From NCBI GenBank assembly GCA_951406725.2, contig OX597821.1, positions 91,760,001-91,824,000 of the forward strand: 64,000 nucleotides of DNA. The letters are read 5' to 3'. A program made the position numbers and the translations under genes. The notes under the pieces are model-generated. The model was given only the letters and a program-made list of their open reading frames with translations, did no database searches and was not told the DNA's origin. Positions 1 to 12,761 of the stretch are shown here, piece by piece (the first letter of the stretch is position 1; every line of letters begins with the position of its first letter). This DNA is from Octopus vulgaris (lineage: Eukaryota).

Positions 1-100
1 GATGCCCTTCCTAACACCAACCACATCGAGAATGTAGTGGGTGCTTTTTATATGTCCCCGGCATGAGGGCTAGCCAGGCGGTACTGGTATCAACTATGCT
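1..100 (-). mobile_element. Fragment of (GAT)n-tailed SINE-like family C
   Basis: gatgcccttcctaacaccaaccac is the reverse complement of the gtggttggcgttaggaagggcatc core at about 33580; truncated by the window edge. Confidence 0.7.
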
Positions 101-331
101 GGTGGTGAGCTGGCAGAAACGTTAGCGCGCCGGTTGAAATGCTTAGCGGTATTTCGTCTGTCGTTACGTTGTGAGTTCAAATTCCGCCGAGGTCGACTTT
201 ACCTTTCATCCTTTCGGGGTCGATAAATTAAGTACTAGTTACGCACTGGCGTCGATGTAATCGACTTAATACCTATGTCTGTCCTTGTTTGTCCCCTTCT
301 ATGTTTAGCCCCTTGTGGGTAATAAAGAAAT
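101..331 (+). mobile_element. tRNA-derived SINE family A (Meta-domain-like body)
   Basis: Head ggtgagctggcagaa, B-box gagttcaaattcc, body cctttcatcctttcggggtcgataaa; near-identical copies across the window. Confidence 0.9.
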
Positions 332-469
332 AGGTACTGGTAACTAGTACGCTGGAATGATGATTTTTACGTGCCACCAGCATGGGAGCCAGTCAAGCGG
401 AACTGGCAATGACCACGCTTGAATGGTGATTTTTACATTCTTCTGGCATGGGAGCCAGTCGGGCAGCAC

Positions 470-690
470 TATTTATGTATGTATATGTTTGTGTGTCTGT
501 GTTTGTCCCCCACCATCACCCGACAACCGATGTTGGTGTGTTTATATACCCGAAATTTAGTGGTTCAACAAAAAAAAAACGGTAGAATAAGTACAAGACT
601 TACAAAGAATGAGACCTGGGGTCGATTTGTTCTATTAAAGGTAGTGCTCCAGCATGGCCACAGTCAAAATGACTGAAACAAGTATCAAAA
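470..690 (+). mobile_element. 3' half of SINE family B
   Basis: Matches the family B 3' end gtgctccagcatggccacagtcaaaatgactgaaacaagta. Confidence 0.8.
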
Positions 691-980
691 AATATATTTT
701 TATAGAAATAGAATGCCCGGATGCAGAGTCACAATCCACTTTGAGTTTCAGATCCAACATAGGAAAGTATCCAGTTGTGGTGTTTGCATAAAGAGAGAAC
801 ACAAGTGGCATGAGATTCTCTACAGCTGTTTCAGACATATTCTTATTGATGAATAAACCAATGCCATCATGAAAGAAAGAAATGTTTCAAAATGTTGAAT
901 TAAAACTTTAAATTTAAAATTTGTCTCTGCAAAATTATCAAGATATGGAATGTGTGTTGACTGGCAAAGCATAAGGAGTA

Positions 981-1139
<159 letters not shown>

Positions 1140-1239
1140 TCAACTAAAGATTGTGCTCCAGGACAGCCACAGTCAAATGACTGAAACAAGTAAAAGAATA
1201 AAAGAAATACACACACACACATATACATATACATACATA

Positions 1240-1402
1240 CGACGGATTCCTTCAGTTTCCATCTACTAAATCCACTCGTAGGTCCTTGGTTGGCCCGAGG
1301 CTATAGTAGAAGACACTTGCCAAAGGTGTCACACAGTGGGACTGAACCTGGAGCCATGTGGTTGGTAAGTAAGTACTTACCACACAGCCACTCCTATGCC
1401 TA
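1240..1402 (-). mobile_element. 5' half of SINE family B
   Basis: Ends accacacagccactcct, the reverse complement of the family B tRNA-like head. Confidence 0.85.
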
Positions 1403-1455
1403 CGTAAGTGAGTGTGTGTGTGTATATGTATATATATATATATATACACATATAT

Positions 1456-1704
1456 TTATCAATTTGCTTTGCAAGATTCCTAATGTGAAATCATGTGTTG
1501 AAACATGTTGCATTTCCAGATGGTCATTTTATGTATTTATTTATTTATTTATTTTTGACAAATACATATATATACATACATATATATACTTATCAATTTC
1601 CTTTGCAAGATTCCTAATGTGAAATTGTGTGTTGAAACATATTGTTGCATTTCTTTCTGGATGGTCAATTTATTTATTTATTTATTTATTTTTGCCAAAT
1701 AAAC
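1456..1704 (+). repeat. Local imperfect tandem duplication (about 134 bp x2)
   Basis: ttatcaattt(g/c)ctttgcaagattcctaatgtgaaa...ggtca..tttatttatttttg.caaata occurs twice in tandem. Confidence 0.85.
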
Positions 1705-3751
1705 ATATATGTGCCTCTGTGTGTATTTTGATGTGAATGTATATATCAACAAATGTTTTAACAATTCAGTAATTTGACACTGATAAAGTCAGTACTAGAG
1801 GCCGTTCAATCAACTAAAGCCATTTCTAAGCGGTAAATCCACAGGTTGACCTTGTATGGCTGCAGCTAATTACTAACCCAGCTTAAAAAATAAAAAGTGT
1901 ATCTGGAAAATTCTAGATGTTTTATTAGCAGATTATTGTATTGGGCAATCAGATTAACATTAACTAGATCCATATACGGAGACATTTCTCTAAGAGTCTA
2001 GTTTCTTTTCTCTCATCTCTCTGAAATATCTTCATGTAGTTTTAGAACTGTATTCGTGTGAGAAGTATATGAGTGAAAGTGTATTTCATATAAATATTTA
2101 TCTCCCCAACACAAATATTATCCTCATCATCATTGCTATTTTCCTCTCATTAACCCTTGCTCTACTATTTTGCCTTGAACTGTCTTCTCTTCTATCTAAC
2201 CTAGCAGTCAGGGAAAGTAAAGTATAACTGGAAACTTTTGTGAGACAAAGAGATTTGCAATTTAATTGATTGCATTTAGGATTTGTAATTGCGATTACAA
2301 GTCAATTTTATATTTAATATGCAATCCATTGATCCCCCACAGCAATAGCTGTTGTAATAGGTAAAGGTTGCTCGTCACCAAGAAATTATTGGTTTCCAAT
2401 TAGCAATAAGTTATTCTGACAACTTTTAAAATGTTCAGAAGACATTTTGTGATGTTTGCCATTAATTGATACCTAATTTATAAATGTCTTTGCATGTGGT
2501 GAAGTTTCTAAATCTTCTATACTTAGTAGTAATGCCTTCCTTAGATGTAGGAGCAGGTTACATGTGAATGTGATGGATAACCACAGAAGACAATATTAAA
2601 TTCAGAAATTAATTTTGCTTATTTCTGCAGACCTCTGAAAGACAAAGGGTGAAGTTGGCTTAGGAAGGCTTTCCTCTTTCAACACAATTATAACTATTAT
2701 AACACTTTCCTATTGCAGTATTAACTGATAAAATAAATGATCTAATATCAATAATTATCATTTCTTACTTTGGCACAGAATAATTTTATAAATAATTTTA
2801 TAAAACATGTGTTTCTTGGTAGTATTGAAATTATCATGGGTTGATCCAACCAAATAAACCAGATTTATTTCAAATCAATTTTCTCAATCCCAAAATAAGA
2901 AATTATAATTATTTTCTTAGCTGGTTCAACATATGACAATGTGAATTATTCTGAGATTTGATCCTAGATCATACTTTTAATAAATTTTATATAAACACGA
3001 TGCCTCCTACTTATCAAGGAGAAGAAATTAAAGGTTGTGCGGTTCTTGCCCTCACAAAATCATATTAGTTACATTAGGAAACTGGTTTAATCTAAACTAG
3101 GACATTCACTTAGTTCATTCAACCATACAATGGTTACACCCTAACATCAGCTGATAAAACAACATCATAACAAACCAAAACACAAAATTACATGTCTTTC
3201 AAATATTTACACAAAAAATAAAATAAATAAACAAATCAAGCATGCATTTTATTGTTTTCTTTATTTTATTCAGTCTAATTCATTACATCCTTTGTAATTC
3301 ATTGCATGCTTTTTATCTGATATATTTATTTATTCAATTAAAATTTCTTGTTGTTCTTTTTCTGCCCTTATACTCATAATTTTATTTGTTTGTAAACTGT
3401 TTTTTTTTTGTTTTTGCTTTTTTTTTTGTATTTGTTTGTTTATGAAATTGTTTAGTTAAGTTGAAAGTCTTTCAGGAAAAACTTCCCGTTAAATGCCCAA
3501 TTTAGCTTTCAGCAGGTCAGAGGTGAAATGATTATCACTCATGAAAGAGATGTCAAATACAACTAAAAAATTATGTTGCTGTGGTTGAGATAAAAACAAA
3601 GGAAATTTTGTGTGCATACACACACATATTCCCCCTCATATATTAATGTGCGTGTGTTCATGTTAGTATATGTTACATTAAATTCAATATGATTCATTAC
3701 AGATGGCCATATGTTTCAATCCATATGAGCTTTTCAAACAAATAATAATCT

Positions 3752-3795
<44 letters not shown>

Positions 3796-4379
3796 CTTAC
3801 ATGCATCAGTTTTATTATATTTTATTATATGCTTTCACCATCTCACTAGAACTCTCTGGAATAGATAATATTTTAAGTCCAAACATTTCTTTTATATTCA
3901 GATATGTAATCTGTATTATAAAAGAGACATAATTTCTGTCCATCCGTCTGTCTATCACAGGATCAGATCAAGACAATTGTCATGTCATATATTTTTATCG
4001 TATAGCCTATTTTTTTTTTATCTATAACTTGGGGTCTAGGTAGTGTAGCTGGACCAGGCGACTTATTATGTCTACTGCAGAAGTAGGTAAAGTAGGGTTT
4101 GAAGTCAGAAAGCATAGAGATAGGACAAACACGATAATGCATTTGGCCAGTGATTCTTTTTGTGTTGCAATTTCACTGAGCTGTACAGGTACTCTTTTAT
4201 TGACCCTCTGATAGAATAAAAAGCAAAAGTTGACCTTGGTGGGATTTGAACTCAGAGAATCCTAACAAACACTGAATGGTTTTCTATTTGACAGCCTTAA
4301 GAACTCTTCCAATAAGCTGCCAGTAGAAATTAAACAAAAAGTTAATTAGTTCAATTTACTCATTGAGTTCACACTCACT

Positions 4380-4780
4380 CATTTACTCATTTACTTGTTT
4401 CAGTCATTTGACTGTGGCCATGCTGGAGCACCACCTTTAGTCGAGCAAATCGACCCCGGGACTTATTCTTTGTAAGCCCAGTACTTATTCTATCGGTATT
4501 TTTTGCTGAACCGCTAGGTGACGGGGACGTAAACACACCAGCATTGGTTGTCAAGCGATGCTAGGGGGACCAACACAGACACACAAACACACACATATAT
4601 ATATATATATATATACATATATACGACAGGCTTCTTTCAGTTTCCGTCTACCAAATCCACTCACAAGGCATTGGTCAGCCCGAGGCTATAGCAGAAGACA
4701 CTTGCCCAAGATGCCACGCAGTGGGACTGAACCCGGAACCATGTGGTTGGTAAGCAAGCTACTTACCACACAGCCACTCC
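4380..4780 (-). mobile_element. Full-length tRNA-derived CORE-type SINE family B
   Basis: A-box tggctgtgtgg, B-box ggttcagtcc, CORE-like cttgggcaagt, internal microsatellite, tail gtaaa(t/a)ga repeats. Confidence 0.92.
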
Positions 4781-5004
4781 TTGCATGCCACACATGCAAG
4801 GTAAAGAAACATATGGGTTATGTTTTATTTGTAGTCAAATTTATTTTGCCTAGTGGGTAATGTTTTGAATAAGAAAGAGAATAGTAATATTAATAATAAT
4901 AGATTTATTAAAGGCTTCAATCAGTAGAAGGGGTGTTTTTGTTGTAAATGTATTTCAGTTTATTTAATACAGTTCATTCTATTATGCAATAGCATTTATC
5001 TTTA

Positions 5005-6300
5005 AAATGGCTAAGCTATTTTACAAAAAACGTCAGTCATGAAAGAGTCACTACTGCTGCTTTTAAGGTAAATATATTGTTTTCTGTTTAAATATATATT
5101 GTTATGCAACAACTGCTAATCTTAAAAAGCCATAAAGTTCTACTATTTTGTTCGTGTAACAGGAAGTTTTGCTAAGATATTGTGCCAACATTGTAGACAA
5201 AATTATATTTAAAAAATTCACATTACATTCATTGTCTGCCACAAATATGACAAATTTCCACCTACATGTTCTCGAACTTAGAAGATTTTATGCAGTTATT
5301 CGCAGTGCTAAGTATAACAGACCATGTTTCTTTAAAAACGCCAGAAAGACACATGGTGAAGCAAAGTGACTTTCTCAAGGGTAGAAATAATCAACAAAGT
5401 CTTCAAACATTTAGCAAATCCGCTTAAGCAATGGCACCAAGATAAATCCATGTTCTACCCTGGTGGCATAGATGGATGCCTTATCAATATACTAAATCAC
5501 AAAAGTAATAGAAAAGGGGCATGTCTTCAATTTCTCTTTATTTTTAGGTAACAAAGTGTAGTGAAATATTCAGCAATCACCCGATGTCATGATTTGCTGG
5601 AATGTCACCCACATGATCGTGAAAATGGTTCCAGTGATAATTGCAACTTTTGGTGCACTCCTTCTGGAGTCCATTAACCAGTATAAATCGACACACGAGC
5701 GACCACCAGCTAGAGGGCTTTGGAATACAGCAGAGAAGCATGAGGCAACACGGGGGATGGACAGTAAACAATCACTTGCAGTGACTGAATCAAGCTGACA
5801 TCAACACAATGAAATAAAAAAAATCTACAGAAATACAACGACTAGCAGTAAGTTTTTGAATACCATGACAATTGCACCAAGAACAATAACATTTAAACTC
5901 TCTCAACACTTGTCGCTCGTAGTAACAATAGTATTTGTCTTGCTTGAGAACGAAAAGAATAAAAGCGTGTTGCCAAAAATGCCAGTAGATTTCATCGTCT
6001 TCTATGTGCAACTGTGGACATCTGACACTAGAAATAGCAGTCTACATTAGCAGTTGGCACCAGTAGTAAAATTCCAGCTACAGAAGAATTTGTGACACCA
6101 ACAAGTGGTGGCTCTTTCATACAGCTGCAGAAGAAAGCTGAATCAGATAATATACTGCATTACTGTCAATGCTTATTCCAGCAGTTATGTGTAGATCAGC
6201 CTGCCAACGTCTAATCTGTTCGCTTGCAATACATTCATAAAAATCAAAACACCCTGTGAGTAGACCTATCTGGCTGATACAATCACTGTAAGGGATATTG
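5005..6300 (+). pseudogene. Decayed GCM-like domain sequence, apparently spliced; possible GCM/MULE-type transposase relic
   Basis: Splicing 5067^5163 (aag|gtaaat...aacag|gaa) gives AFKEVLLRYCANI...SLSATNMTNFH...RPCFFKNARK. A later segment gives RCHDLLECHP...NFW...QYKSTHERPP with stops and a frameshift. Both resemble GCM motifs by eye. Confidence 0.5.
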
Positions 6301-6348
6301 ATCGGACTGAAAAGCGATATGTTCTCCTAAATATATTTCCAGAATGTA

Positions 6349-6555
6349 AGACAGCGAGCTGGCAGAAACGTTAGCACGACGGGCGAAATGCGTTCTGAGT
6401 TCAAATTCCGTCGAGGTCGACTTTGCCTTTCATCCTTTCGGGGTCGATAAATTAAGTACCAGTTACGCACTGGAGTCGACATAATCGACTTAATCCGTTT
6501 ATCTGTCCTTGTTTGTCCCCTCTGTGTTTAGCCCCTTTTGGGTAGTAAAGAAATA
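6349..6555 (+). mobile_element. SINE family A
   Basis: Family match; flanked by TSD atatattt(c/a)cagaatgt. Confidence 0.92.
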
Positions 6556-7635
6556 TATATTTACAGAATGTTTGTGTGTGTGTGTGTGTGTAATTATTGT
6601 AATCCAACATCAGACTATTATAACGTCTACTCCAGTAAAGTAGTATAGTTAATTAGTCAAGTAAGGCTATGACCGACTACCGCCGACTTCTCGACGTCTC
6701 AGAATTTGTAATGACTAGCATATACCACTCATCACGTGGGAGGGGAGTTCCATTATTATCATTATTCCCCGAACATCTCCCCATTTAAGTTTTTTTCTTA
6801 AAGAATGTAATTTTATTTCTTTTTATTAGCAATTATTTTTACATTGCCCCGTCTCCCTTCTTTACTTTTTTTCTTTTTTATCATATTTTTTCGTTTGGCA
6901 TCTACTTCCGGGAACTCCATACATTTTCTTTATCCTTCGCTTATGCGTCTGGGTGCAATTATTTGTAGTGGCATTGGTGCTTGAAAAGTATCATATAACC
7001 ATTCCACTGGTTCTTCCATTCCTTTTGGTTCGTTCTCAACGTATCTTTTTTTTTTTTAGTTGATTCATGTGTCTCTTGTATACTCATTTTCTTCCTTTTA
7101 GCAAGTATAACATTTTTCCTATGCTTTTGTTAATTACGTCATCTTCCCAACTTTGTGTTTCGTTCTTATATTCCCTAACAAATAGATTTTCGGCAATTTT
7201 GGAATATCTTGCTGTATTATCCATTGCAATTTTTCTTTCTTACCAGGTAGTAATTTGTCGGAGAATGATTATTTTTTCTTCGCAAACGCAAACATTATCT
7301 CCGCTAGCGACATGCCTGCTGGTATTTTGGGATGTGGTGTCACACGTATACCCTTAAGAATTGTTGTACAGCTACCTCCTCCTTGACTTCCTTATTCGAC
7401 TTTCTTAGGGCTCTCTTGATCATATCGACAACGCGTTCTGTTTGTCCGTTAGATCTGGGTTTGTATGGCGCAGTAGTTACATGTTCTACAACGAACGTTT
7501 TAAAAAAAAATTTTAAACTCAAACGACACAAATTGCTTTCCATTAGCAGACACTATTGTGTCTTGGACGACAAATCTCGCAAAAAGCTCATGTAGAAAGT
7601 TTGTCATATTTGAGGTGATTGTCTTTATACACAAA

Positions 7636-8031
7636 CTAGTAGTATCACCCGGCGTTGCTCGGGTTTGTAAGGGAAATAACTATATAAGCATTTTTAGAGA
7701 TGTAAAGTATAATAGCCATCTCAATATGGCTAACCACAAAGGGGGGTGTTACTGTAGCTTTTTACGTTCTGAGATTTAATAATACATTTTTAGAGAGTTA
7801 CTTCTCTTATATAAACCGAGCGAAAATGCATTAAAAATACGGAAAAATTATGGTAAAATTCTTTTAAAATCGTAGACTCATCGTAGACGCGCGCTAATAC
7901 CCAGAAGGGCTCGATATGAATCACGACTATAAGATACCTGCTTTTGGTTACACTGGACCGCAAAATGTGGGAGTAGTTAGGAATCTAAATCGTAGGAGAC
8001 AGACACACAACTTGACTTTTATATATAAAGA
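7636..8031 (-). mobile_element. Non-autonomous Helitron
   Basis: Minus strand has 5'-TC, a subterminal hairpin cccgag-caacg-ccggg and 3'-CTAG. It sits at A^T without a TSD, and removing it restores integrase WPE. A second copy lies at 26397. Confidence 0.88.
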
Positions 8032-9478
8032 TTTCTGGCCATTTAGAGAAACTATCTACTTACCACTAAGTAGTATAAACTGTTTAAGAGACCAGCGAAA
8101 TCGATGTGTAGTTTCAACCAAGGCTGATTTTTTATCGTCAGCAATTTTGCTTCTACACCACATCCTCTACAAACTTTCACTAAACTTTCGATTTCTCCAT
8201 CCAATTTTGACCAGTACACGTAGCTATGCTTTAACGCTTTCATCCTCGAATTACCAGGATGTCCAGCATGGAATTCCTTTAGCATTTTTTTTTTGTCAGT
8301 GTTTCAGGTTTTACTACTCTCTGTGCATACATCAGTACACCATCACAGTTTGAGTTTAAGTTCACGTCTTGGTTTCGTTTCGCACCAATCCTGTTCTTAT
8401 TTGCTTTTCCTGTCCACAATATTCTTTTCATTTCAGTTATGGATTTGCTCTTTTCCGCATTTAGTTTTATGCTTTCTAGGGTTACCGATAATTCGCGTAC
8501 CACATTCCACATTCCATTATTATTTCTCCTTTTGATTGTAATGCCGTGATTACTGTATCTTCGAATGGCTCGCAGTATTTCGGTATCAGTCTGGACAAAC
8601 AGTCCGCATGCTCTAATTTTTTTGGCGGTAAATATTCCATTTTGTAATCATAATTCAATAACGAAGTGCCCCATCGCTGTAGTCTATTAGCTGTGTATGT
8701 TGGCATTCCTTTTTCAGAACCGTATATTGACAGTAGTGGGCGATGATCCGTTTGTAAATAGAAACTTCTTACATGAATAAATTCATGGAATTCTTTTACA
8801 CCAAATATGATTGCTAATACTTCTTTTCCTATTTGGTTGTAGTTCCTTTCAGCTGGTAATAACGATCGTGATGCATGGGCTAAAACCTTTTTTCTCCCAT
8901 CCTCATATTTGTGCAGAAAACATCTGGAAAGAAATGTTTTATTTTTCGTTTAAATCCCTCAGCCGCATACAGTCCTTCGACTGAACCAGCTATATTCCCA
9001 CGCAAAACACTTCTGAACGTATTCCACAATTTGAATAGTTCCATCCACTCACTACCGAATAAATTTACTGAATTATTTAATACGTATGCTTTGACGTTTT
9101 CATTTGGTCACGAAATGTCAAATTGCACACAAATTCACCTACAAAATACAATCTTTTACCCAAAATACCGTGTGCTACTTTTGTAGATTTATTTAATTTT
9201 GGCTTACCTATAAACTTCCAAGTTTCTTCATTCCCAATGGTAATATCACTTCCAGTATCTAACTGCATTTTTACTCTTATATTTTCAATTTTCACATTTA
9301 TAAATTTCCTCTTCGTCGCATTACAATTTTCTTTCGATGACATCTTGTTTATTCTTTTTTCTTTGTTCCAACGTTTTGTCATCTTGGATTTACAGTACGC
9401 TTTTATGTGTCCAACCTTTCCACAACAGAAACATTCCACTTTCTTAATTGGTCAGGTTTTACTCAGGTGTAGACCTCC

Positions 9479-9781
9479 CTCGAAAGAGCTGTTCTTCACA
9501 CCTGCTTCAGAGCGTCAGCTGCGGGGTCACTCCGATAAGCTCTATCTGCGACGATTTCATCTCAATCGAAGGAGGGGAGCTTTCTCCATCCGGGTTGCGG
9601 ATCCGTGGAATAAGCTGCCGGACGAGGTAGTGAAGATGCCGACGACCGCTCGGTTCAAAGTCTCCCTTGACCAGAAATGGCCTGAACTCTTTGTATGAAC
9701 ACCACTCTGTACATAACTCCGTGTCCCCCTACATGGCTTTGCTTTTTGCTTTTTGAGCCAAAAAAATTAACTTAACTTAAA
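9479..9781 (+). mobile_element. 5'-truncated CR1/L2-clade LINE 3' end
   Basis: LRGHSDKL...FSIRVADPWNKLPDEVV...FKVSLD is the typical CR1 ORF2 C-terminus; (aactt)n tail; interrupts the first gag zinc knuckle. Confidence 0.88.
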
Positions 9782-9849
9782 ATGCAAAACAGATTTGTTT
9801 TCTGATTTTTGTCCTGTTTGCACTGTATTTTAGTACGTACTAGATTTCT

Positions 9850-10173
9850 GTGAAGGCGCGTGGCTTAGTGGTTAGGGCATTCGGCTCACGAGTGTAAGGT
9901 CGTGAGTTCAATTCCAAGCGACGCGTTGTGTCCTTGAGCAAGACACTTTATTTCATGTTGCTCCAGTCCACTCAGCTGGCAAAAATGAGTTGTACCTGTA
10001 TTTCAAAGGGCCGGCCTTGTCACACTGTGTCACGCTGAATCTCCCTGAGAACTACGTTAAGGGTACACGTGTCTGTGGAGTGCTCAGCCACTTGCACGTT
10101 AATTTCACGAGCAGGCTGTTCTGTTGATCGTATCAGCTGGGGCCCTCGTCATCGTAACCGACGGAGTGCTCCT
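9850..10173 (+). mobile_element. tRNA-derived CORE-type SINE family E
   Basis: A-box tggcttagtgg, B-box gagttcaattcc, tccttgagcaagac; perfect 12-bp TSD tactagatttct (9838-9849 and 10174-10185). Confidence 0.92.
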
Positions 10174-11394
10174 TACTAGATTTCTATTCTGCCAGTTTCG
10201 CACATGTTTCACTTGAGATCAATCTTTATGTTCAATTTTCTCTGTGTCGTCTTAAATTTACTATTCTTTCACACTCTTCTGACACTTGTATGATTACAGT
10301 TTGGTTTTGTTCCAGCTTAGCGAGAATTCTTGTTCTTCTGCGTCTTTTTCTGCAGTTAGTCCATCAGACACTTGAACATCTCTGGCGTTAACTCTTCCAT
10401 TTTGAACTTTTCACACTCTCTGTTAACTCTACCAGCAAATGTGATGTAGTCCTCCCCGTTGCTCTTTTCTTGGTTCAAATATTTCCAGCGTGTATTGAAC
10501 AACGAGCTTTACTCGCTAAAAATTTTACACAATATCTATAATGTATTTCTAAAGTTTATGTCAGAAGGCTTTTTCGGGAGTACGTAATATTTGTTTTTCC
10601 TGCAGCGGCAGTGGTTGTTGCTGCTGTTTCTGCAGCTGCTACTGCTCTTGTTGTTCTTGTAGTTGTTCCTACTATTTCAGCAGCTGTTGTTGTTCCTACA
10701 GTTGTTGTTGTTGCTGTTTTTGCAACTCGAGCAAAATCAGCCAACACATCTTCCATAATTTTACACTTTTGTAAAAACTTTAGTGAGTTTCGTAATTCTT
10801 TGTGAGTTTGTTAATTCCTCTTCGCCACTTTTGTAATCCAACGTCAGACTGTTATAACGACCGCTCCAGTATAGCAGTTAAGTTAGACAAGTAAGACACG
10901 ACTATGACCAATTATCGCCGACTTCTCGATGTCACGGTACTTGTAACGACAAGCACATACCACTCGCCACATGGGAAGGGTGTCCCATTATCATTATTAT
11001 TCCTCTAACAATAACATATAATATATATCGGTTAAAGTAATGAGGAAGGCAAACAATTAGCCATGGCAGGGCTATGGCATTTAAATTCATTTAATCCAAA
11101 CTGGTAAAGATAGCAGAGATATTCTCTGACAGTTGTTGGTGGGATATCTCGCTTGTTCGATCATTGTATCAATTGAAGCTTCTATAAACCGGGTATTCCT
11201 TCATCGGAGAAATGTATGAAGAAATATATGATAGACAGTGGAAAGAAAGCTCTTCTTTAATGGTATTGATTACGATTCATTATGTTTCGTTATGTTCAGG
11301 AAAATGTTTGGTGGATTAACTATTGGAGCGGTCAGAACGTATATCTGTTAATATAGGTTACTTTGACCTGAACTCCTTATATCTTCTCTGCGTG

Positions 11395-11450
<56 letters not shown>

Positions 11451-11849
11451 ACTACCAAGTTCTGAGGGCTATCGCAAGGAAATTTGGATGAACAACATTG
11501 AGATAGCATTTCAGTGATTATCTACTAGGTAGTAAACGAGGGGCAAGCATTTACTTTAAAAAGATATTTTTTCACCCGATGTTCTTTGTGCTATGGAATT
11601 CATATATCTTTCACAAAATATCTCTTACAATTAATGATGACAAAAAGGAGGGCAAAGATAATTACATTGACGATACAACATCTGATCGAAGAAACCTCTT
11701 AACTTTTCTCTGCTGTTGCTGCTGTTTCTGCAGCTGCTACTGCTGTTGATGTAATATAGATTACAGCTGATAAGACAAACTATCAGGTAATACCAACCAT
11801 TTTGTTCCACATCCAAAAGCTGGAAAACTGTGGATATCTAATCATCCAC

Positions 11850-12263
11850 TCTTTACTCTTTTACTTGTTTCAGTCATTTGACTGTGGCCATGCTGGAGCA
11901 ACGCCTTTAGTCGAGCAAATCGACCCCAGTACTCATTCTTTGTAAGCCTAGTACTTGTTTTATCAGTCTCTTTTGCTGAACCGCTAAGTCACGGAGACGT
12001 AAACACACCAGCATCGGTTGTCAAGCGATGCTGGGGGGACAAACGCAGACACACAAACACATACACACACATACATACACATACATACATATATACATAT
12101 ATACGACAGGCTTCTTTTAGTTTCCGTCTACCCAATCCACTCACAAGGCTGTGGTCGGCCCGTGGCTATAGAAGACACTTGCCGAAGTTGCCACGCAGTG
12201 GGACTGAACCCGGAACCATGTGGTAGGTAAGCAAGTTTCTTACCACACAGCCGTTCCTACGCC
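11850..12263 (-). mobile_element. SINE family B
   Basis: Full-length family match. Confidence 0.92.
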
Positions 12264-12700
12264 TCGGTTACCACCTGCACATTCTCTATACGTAATCTTG
12301 CTACTGAGAAGAATCACCCAACAAGACAATGCAACGAAACGAGGGAGTAACGAGGGGACGTTCGCAAAGAATTACGATATATGTGACCGATCTGTAATGT
12401 TCCTCTATGAGTAATTCCATGTTTCTAAAATTTCTGATAAATGACGCCCCTTTCTTGCGAATAGAATGCGTTGAACCTCCTTCGTATCTTTCACTCCCCA
12501 CTTTTTTTATTATTATTGCAATCCTTAAATTAATGTGTTTACAGATAAAACAAGATTTTTCGTGATTTCCTGAATATGTTGCTATTGTGTAACATGTATT
12601 TGTAAGAAGATCAAAGATTGTTAGATTGAAAATATTTACTACAATATGAAATAAAAGGCTTTCATTTTAAGTAAAAACGTAAAAAAAAATCCGATTCAAA

Positions 12701-12720
12701 ATGCACTCTGGGAAATAATT
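12701..12720 (+). promoter_or_regulatory. Candidate ZNF143/Staf (SBS)-like motif
   Basis: atgcactctgggaaataa resembles GCAYTCTGGGA and lies in a locally CpG-richer unique region. Confidence 0.3.
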
Positions 12721-12761
12721 TGTCTGTGAAAAAGTTAAAGGTGGCATTTTAAATGGACAAA

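Larger units (their letters stand above)
6598..11010 (-). mobile_element. Decayed Gypsy/Ty3 LTR retrotransposon, RT region deleted, three nested insertions
   Basis: Diverged ~178-bp LTRs (TGT...ACA) at 6598-6775 and 10831-11010. On the minus strand: PBS-like tggcgaagag, PPT aaatggggaga, Q-rich gag, CCHC knuckle CFCCGKVGHIKAYC, protease LDTGSDIT, RNase H TDHRPLL...RLQRW, integrase HAGHPG...CRGC, HIDFAG and APYKPRSNGQTER. Confidence 0.93.

Noticed and set aside
4558-4860. Recurrent ORF family ..ARGYSRRHLPK..GTEPGTMWLV..
   Set aside because: Antisense translation of SINE family B, not a protein family
9123-9698. 191-aa plus-strand ORF
   Set aside because: Chance fusion of antisense Gypsy sequence with the CR1 3' end
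9853-9920. tRNA-like sequences (also 45481 and 63168)
   Set aside because: SINE heads followed by SINE bodies; no complete cloverleaf
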